Origin: Nitrososphaeria archaeon | GTDB taxonomy: Archaea; Thermoproteota; Nitrososphaeria; Conexivisphaerales; UBA164 | Length of the DNA: 50,839 nt | NCBI GenBank assembly: GCA_046536595.1 | Contig: JAWDMM010000005.1 | Location: 1-50,839 of the forward strand | Reading direction: 5' to 3' | Part shown: piece after piece, positions 47,053 through 50,839 of the stretch | How positions within the stretch are numbered: position 1 is the first letter of the stretch | Layout: each line of letters starts with the position of its first letter | Notes under the pieces: model-generated | Told to the model about the DNA's origin: nothing | The model's input: the letters and a program-made list of their open reading frames with translations, nothing else | The model's database searches: none | Program-made: the position numbers and the translations under genes

Positions 47053-47994
47053 TTGAAAATTGTTTTTTTAGGAACTTCAGCTGCTGTCCCCACAAAAGAA
47101 AGAAACACAGCTTCAATTTACATAACGACAACAAACGGGGCTTATCTTTTTGATGCTGGTGAAGGGTTGCAAAAACAACTTCAGATAGCCAGATTAAACC
47201 CTATAAAGATCAAGGCTGTATTTATCTCACACATACATTTTGATCACGTACTTGGCCTGCCAGGCCTTTTAATGACTATGGCTTTGATGAATAGAAAAGA
47301 ACCTTTAACTATTGTGGGCACCAGAAAGCTTTTTCAATTTTTAAAGATGTTTGGTGAAAAATTTTATATGGACTTAACGTTTGACGTTGAATTTGTTGAG
47401 GCGCATCAGGGCAGCGTTTACGAGAACAAAGAAATAAAAGTTACAGCTTTCCCAACTATCCACAGCACTGAGTCTTATGCATACAGAATATATGAGTACA
47501 AATTAAAAAGAAAATTTTACCCTGAAAAGGCGTTAAAACTCGGTATACCACGCGGACCACTCTGGAATAAACTGCAGCTCGGAGATAGCATTACTTTAAA
47601 CGGCAAAAAGATTACTCCGGAAATGGTAAGTGATCCTCCACCGCCACCGGTTTCTGTATCCATAAGCGGAGATACTGCGTATTTTGATGAGCTCATAGAT
47701 TTTTTTAAGGATTCTGACGTGCTTATTTATGAGTCGACGTTTTCAAAAGAGCTTGTTAACAAAGCGAGCGAGATGCTTCACTCAACTTCAGAACAGGCTG
47801 CGCTGGCGGCTTTAAAATCTGGCGTTAAACTTTTGGTGCTATATCATTTCAGCGAGAGGTACAAAAACGCAAAGCTTCTTGAGGAAGAAGCAAAAAAGAT
47901 ATTTCCTAACACGGTAGCGGCAAAAGATTTTATGTGTATAAAAATTGAAGATAACAATATAAGCGTTATAGATAATATTGAAAAATGTGAGTGA
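47053..47994 (+). CDS. rnz: Ribonuclease Z
   Basis: FLGTSAAVPT.ER, DAGEG, SHIHFDH, GP-motif arm, SGDT, HFSERY. Confidence 0.95.
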   Translation: MKIVFLGTSAAVPTKERNTASIYITTTNGAYLFDAGEGLQKQLQIARLNPIKIKAVFISHIHFDHVLGLPGLLMTMALMNRKEPLTIVGTRKLFQFLKMFGEKFYMDLTFDVEFVEAHQGSVYENKEIKVTAFPTIHSTESYAYRIYEYKLKRKFYPEKALKLGIPRGPLWNKLQLGDSITLNGKKITPEMVSDPPPPPVSVSISGDTAYFDELIDFFKDSDVLIYESTFSKELVNKASEMLHSTSEQAALAALKSGVKLLVLYHFSERYKNAKLLEEEAKKIFPNTVAAKDFMCIKIEDNNISVIDNIEKCE

Positions 47995-48802
47995 TTCTCA
48001 GGGAACATATTTGTACGTACAATGGGACACATCAGACACAATCCTTCTCTCATATTATTTAGTAATAAACGGCGAGGTAAAGGTTAACGGATATTATTCT
48101 TTAAGAGCTAATCCAAACAAAATACTTAAATCGCTTAACAGTATGGCAAAAAAGTACGGTATTGAGAGGTTTATTATACAGAACAGCTTAGGGCTTAGCA
48201 AAGAAAAGCTTCAAAAAGACGGTTTAGGAGCGACGGAAAGCCAGAGGTGGATGCTAAAGCTCAGAAAAGTAGATCAGATTTTTCAATCCTTAACCCAATT
48301 AAACAACGGATTTAGCTATGAAATAAAAGATGGCGTATATTCACCAGTTAAATGTTCCCTGGGTAGATTTATAAAGATCAATGAAAATGGAGAAGCCTTG
48401 TTTGAAAATGTAAAAATCAAAATCCCTAGGTCAGTCCTAGAATATGCGGCATATCTTTTTGAAAGTTTGATTGCGCCAGGCATAACTTTTATCAGATATG
48501 CAGACGATAAAAAAGAAAATTACGAAATAAGATTAGCTCAGGATAAAAAAATATCTGTACCTCTGGGAAAAAATTTTAAAGGTTATTTAGTTATATGGCT
48601 TAGAGAAGAGGAAAACGAATTGGTAGCAAACATAAGCACAGGCAGAACGTTATCTGAAGCTATGAAAAAGCACAAGAAGATAATACTGAAAAAAATGATT
48701 GAATGGATAAACAAAAGCAAAGAGACCAGCTTTTTAACGTCTATAGTTACGCTTGATCACATAAAAATAAATGAACTGATACGCAAAATTAAGGAAAAAT
48801 AG
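47987..48802 (+). CDS. Hypothetical protein coupled to rnz (possible degenerate RNase H/RuvC fold)
   Basis: Long ORF overlapping the rnz stop; function not recognised. Confidence 0.6.
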   Translation: MSDSQGTYLYVQWDTSDTILLSYYLVINGEVKVNGYYSLRANPNKILKSLNSMAKKYGIERFIIQNSLGLSKEKLQKDGLGATESQRWMLKLRKVDQIFQSLTQLNNGFSYEIKDGVYSPVKCSLGRFIKINENGEALFENVKIKIPRSVLEYAAYLFESLIAPGITFIRYADDKKENYEIRLAQDKKISVPLGKNFKGYLVIWLREEENELVANISTGRTLSEAMKKHKKIILKKMIEWINKSKETSFLTSIVTLDHIKINELIRKIKEK

Positions 48803-48803
48803 C

Positions 48804-49811
48804 TTAATTTCGCGCTAAAAATAAACTTTTTAAAATTTTATATATCTCAACTGAAGCATCAGGAAGCTTAAGAACAGGTAACTTTTCACTCGTTTGAAAA
48901 TATCCTTTTATCTTTTTGGGGTCTGATTCCTTTCTTAAATACCCTTTTCTTAAGAGATATTCTTCAACATCAGTTTTGTAAGAAAAAACACTTACGGTCT
49001 TTATGCCCAAAAGAATGGCCTCAACGTTCATCGTTCCTCCTCCTCCTATGAATGCATATGATTTATCAAGAACGTTAGGTCCGAAGAACTCTCCGCCGTA
49101 GATAATCAGGTTATTTAAAACCTTTTCAGAGCTAAAATATCTTTTAAGAAGAATGACTTTTTTATCAGGATACTCGCTAGCAATATTAAGCGCAAAAGTT
49201 TCAAAATTTATAAAATCTTTAACATAAGATGCCATATATTCGCTTTCCCTTATAACGACAGCCCCAGCTGAAGCCCATTCTATTTCGTTTTTAGGAGGCC
49301 AGATGTGCTTTCTGTATAACCATGAAGTTGGGTCTAAGCTTTTGTACTTTATAATCCTCTCGTATTCTATTCCATATTTTGCAAATTTATTCTTTTTAAT
49401 CATCCACGGCGTCAGCAAATAGCTTGATAATGGTACGGTTAACTTGCAAACGAAAACGCTGTGCGGGGAATCGCATATAAGTGTATGCGGAATACCAAGG
49501 CCAAAGGACACCCTTGCTGCTTCAGGGCTACCAAAAGAAATGCTCAATTCAGGCTTTAAATCGGCTATAAGAGATGTTAGCTCAAGCACCCTTTTTGCGC
49601 TTTGAACAAGTTTTGCTTTCAGATCACCCCCACCGTGAGATCCAACTATAAAGTGCTTTGATTCAAGCTTGATCCTTTTATAAACCCTTTCAAGCTCTTC
49701 ATATTCTCTTAAAGTTACAATTACTTCATGACCATCTTTTATAAAATTCTCTTCCAACGCCTTTGTCATAAGGTAATGTTTTGGAGTTAAGGCGTCAATC
49801 CATACCTTCAA
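48804..49811 (-). CDS. DUF354 family GT-B-like protein
   Basis: KVWID..TPKH, GSHGG, SPEAARVSFGLG, GGGTMN.EA.LG. Confidence 0.88.
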   Translation of the reverse strand: MKVWIDALTPKHYLMTKALEENFIKDGHEVIVTLREYEELERVYKRIKLESKHFIVGSHGGGDLKAKLVQSAKRVLELTSLIADLKPELSISFGSPEAARVSFGLGIPHTLICDSPHSVFVCKLTVPLSSYLLTPWMIKKNKFAKYGIEYERIIKYKSLDPTSWLYRKHIWPPKNEIEWASAGAVVIRESEYMASYVKDFINFETFALNIASEYPDKKVILLKRYFSSEKVLNNLIIYGGEFFGPNVLDKSYAFIGGGGTMNVEAILLGIKTVSVFSYKTDVEEYLLRKGYLRKESDPKKIKGYFQTSEKLPVLKLPDASVEIYKILKSLFLARN

Positions 49812-50593
49812 CTTATTATCCCTATGAGCTTCTTTACCCTTTCAGGATCGACAGGATTTTCTACCTTTCCTTTTTCTTTAAAGTAAGTTCCGACTATTGC
49901 GCCATCTGCATATTTTAAAAGCTCCTTTGCGTTATACGGGGTTAGACCGCTTCCTACCAGTACAGGGACTTTAACCTTCTCTTTGACAGACTTAACTTCT
50001 TCAGGAGATGGAGGGTTACCTGTTCTTGAACCTGTTATTATTATTGCATCGGCCATGCCTCTCTCTTCAGCATCAATTGCTGATTCTTCAGCTGGCCTTT
50101 GTAGCATAGGATATGAATGCTTTACGTGAACGTCAGCCAGAACAGCAACTTTTGACCCTAAATAAGTTCTGAAGCGTATAAGGTAAGGCGCGCAACCCTC
50201 TATTATTCCCTGATCCGTAATATATGCTTCGTTGAGCACGTTTACTCTTATGTAATCCAGCTCAAAAGCCTCCGCTAGAGATAATGCGCCATTGCAGCCG
50301 TTCCTTAACATGTTTACGCCAACTGGAACAGAAGCTTTCTTTTTTATCTCGCATATAACTCTTGCGAAGGAAGCCATGGTTTCTGGGTTTGTGCTCGGGT
50401 CTTTAAAGTAAGGTACATCCCAGAAGTTTTCTATCATAACTCCGTCAACCCCCCCTTCCTGTAGATTTTCGAGATCCCTGATCGCCAGATCAACGACAGA
50501 ATTCAAACCGCTATATCCAGGAGAACCCAGCAAAGGCTTCAAATGAATCATTCCGATTATAAAAGGCTTTTTTTTAAATGGAAGCTGAGTCAT
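49808..50593 (-). CDS. BtpA/SgcQ family TIM-barrel protein
   Basis: IGMIHL.PL.G.P, ENFWDVPY, GVN.LRN, ADVHVKH, VGSG. Confidence 0.93.
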   Translation of the reverse strand: MTQLPFKKKPFIIGMIHLKPLLGSPGYSGLNSVVDLAIRDLENLQEGGVDGVMIENFWDVPYFKDPSTNPETMASFARVICEIKKKASVPVGVNMLRNGCNGALSLAEAFELDYIRVNVLNEAYITDQGIIEGCAPYLIRFRTYLGSKVAVLADVHVKHSYPMLQRPAEESAIDAEERGMADAIIITGSRTGNPPSPEEVKSVKEKVKVPVLVGSGLTPYNAKELLKYADGAIVGTYFKEKGKVENPVDPERVKKLIGIIS

Positions 50594-50655
50594 TTTGATA
50601 AAAAATTGTTTGTTTGATAAGATTAAAACTTTTGCTTTTTAGAAGGACAAAAAAA

Positions 50656-50839
50656 TGCTGTGTTGCATGACTTAAGCGTGCAGTGTGAAGTTTTAAGTCT
50701 CTTCATATTTATACAGTGAAGTGTAGAATGTGACCTCTGATAATAGAGACTGGAGCAAGTACAATGATGCGCTTGTTAGGAGGGGTGAAATCCTCTTCGA
50801 CTTCTCAACCATAAACAACTGGAAACAAGAACTCAAACA
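50656..50839 (+). mobile_element. IS5-family (IS903-like) element, left end, truncated by the window
   Basis: TGCTGTGTTGCATGA resembles the IS903-type TIR and precedes the transposase start. Confidence 0.7.
50730..50839 (+). CDS. IS5-family transposase, N-terminal part
   Basis: Manual translation from GTG: MTSDNRDWSKYNDALVRRGEILFDFSTINNWKQELK (W..YN.AL..RG motif). Confidence 0.85.
   Translation, partial: MTSDNRDWSKYNDALVRRGEILFDFSTINNWKQELK

Noticed and set aside
8986-48053. Numerous 60-125-aa ORFs antisense or nested in core genes
   Set aside because: Shadows of well-supported CDSs.
48932-48942. 11-nt match (ttcttaaatac) to the predicted guide of copy B
   Set aside because: Short, AT-rich and not preceded by TTAAY; likely chance.

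Overview
AT-rich archaeal chromosome segment. The gene set looks TACK/Nitrososphaeria-like (rpS25e, crenarchaeal-type SSB, short L15e, GTPBP1-like GTPase, degenerate Pus10). Most of it is core translation, tRNA-modification and metabolic genes, plus a cobamide-completion operon, a NurA-HerA pair, a trehalose GT4/GH15 pair and tRNA-Ala(UGC). The unusual content is intergenic. (1) Four complete copies (~330 bp) and one truncated copy of a non-coding IS200/IS605-like mini-element, each with its own BRE/TATA promoter and a covarying ~235-nt TnpB omega-RNA-like structure but no protein gene. (2) A ~190-nt structured RNA with a double K-turn (C/D-like) 3' domain, apparently co-transcribed with tRNA-Ala and archease. 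(3) A box C/D sRNA before trm1. (4) A 118-bp MITE inserted into an IS605 right-end hairpin. (5) A frameshifted tnpB at the left edge and an IS5 transposase at the right edge. All calls come from reading the sequence and recalled family motifs; no searches or folding programs were run.
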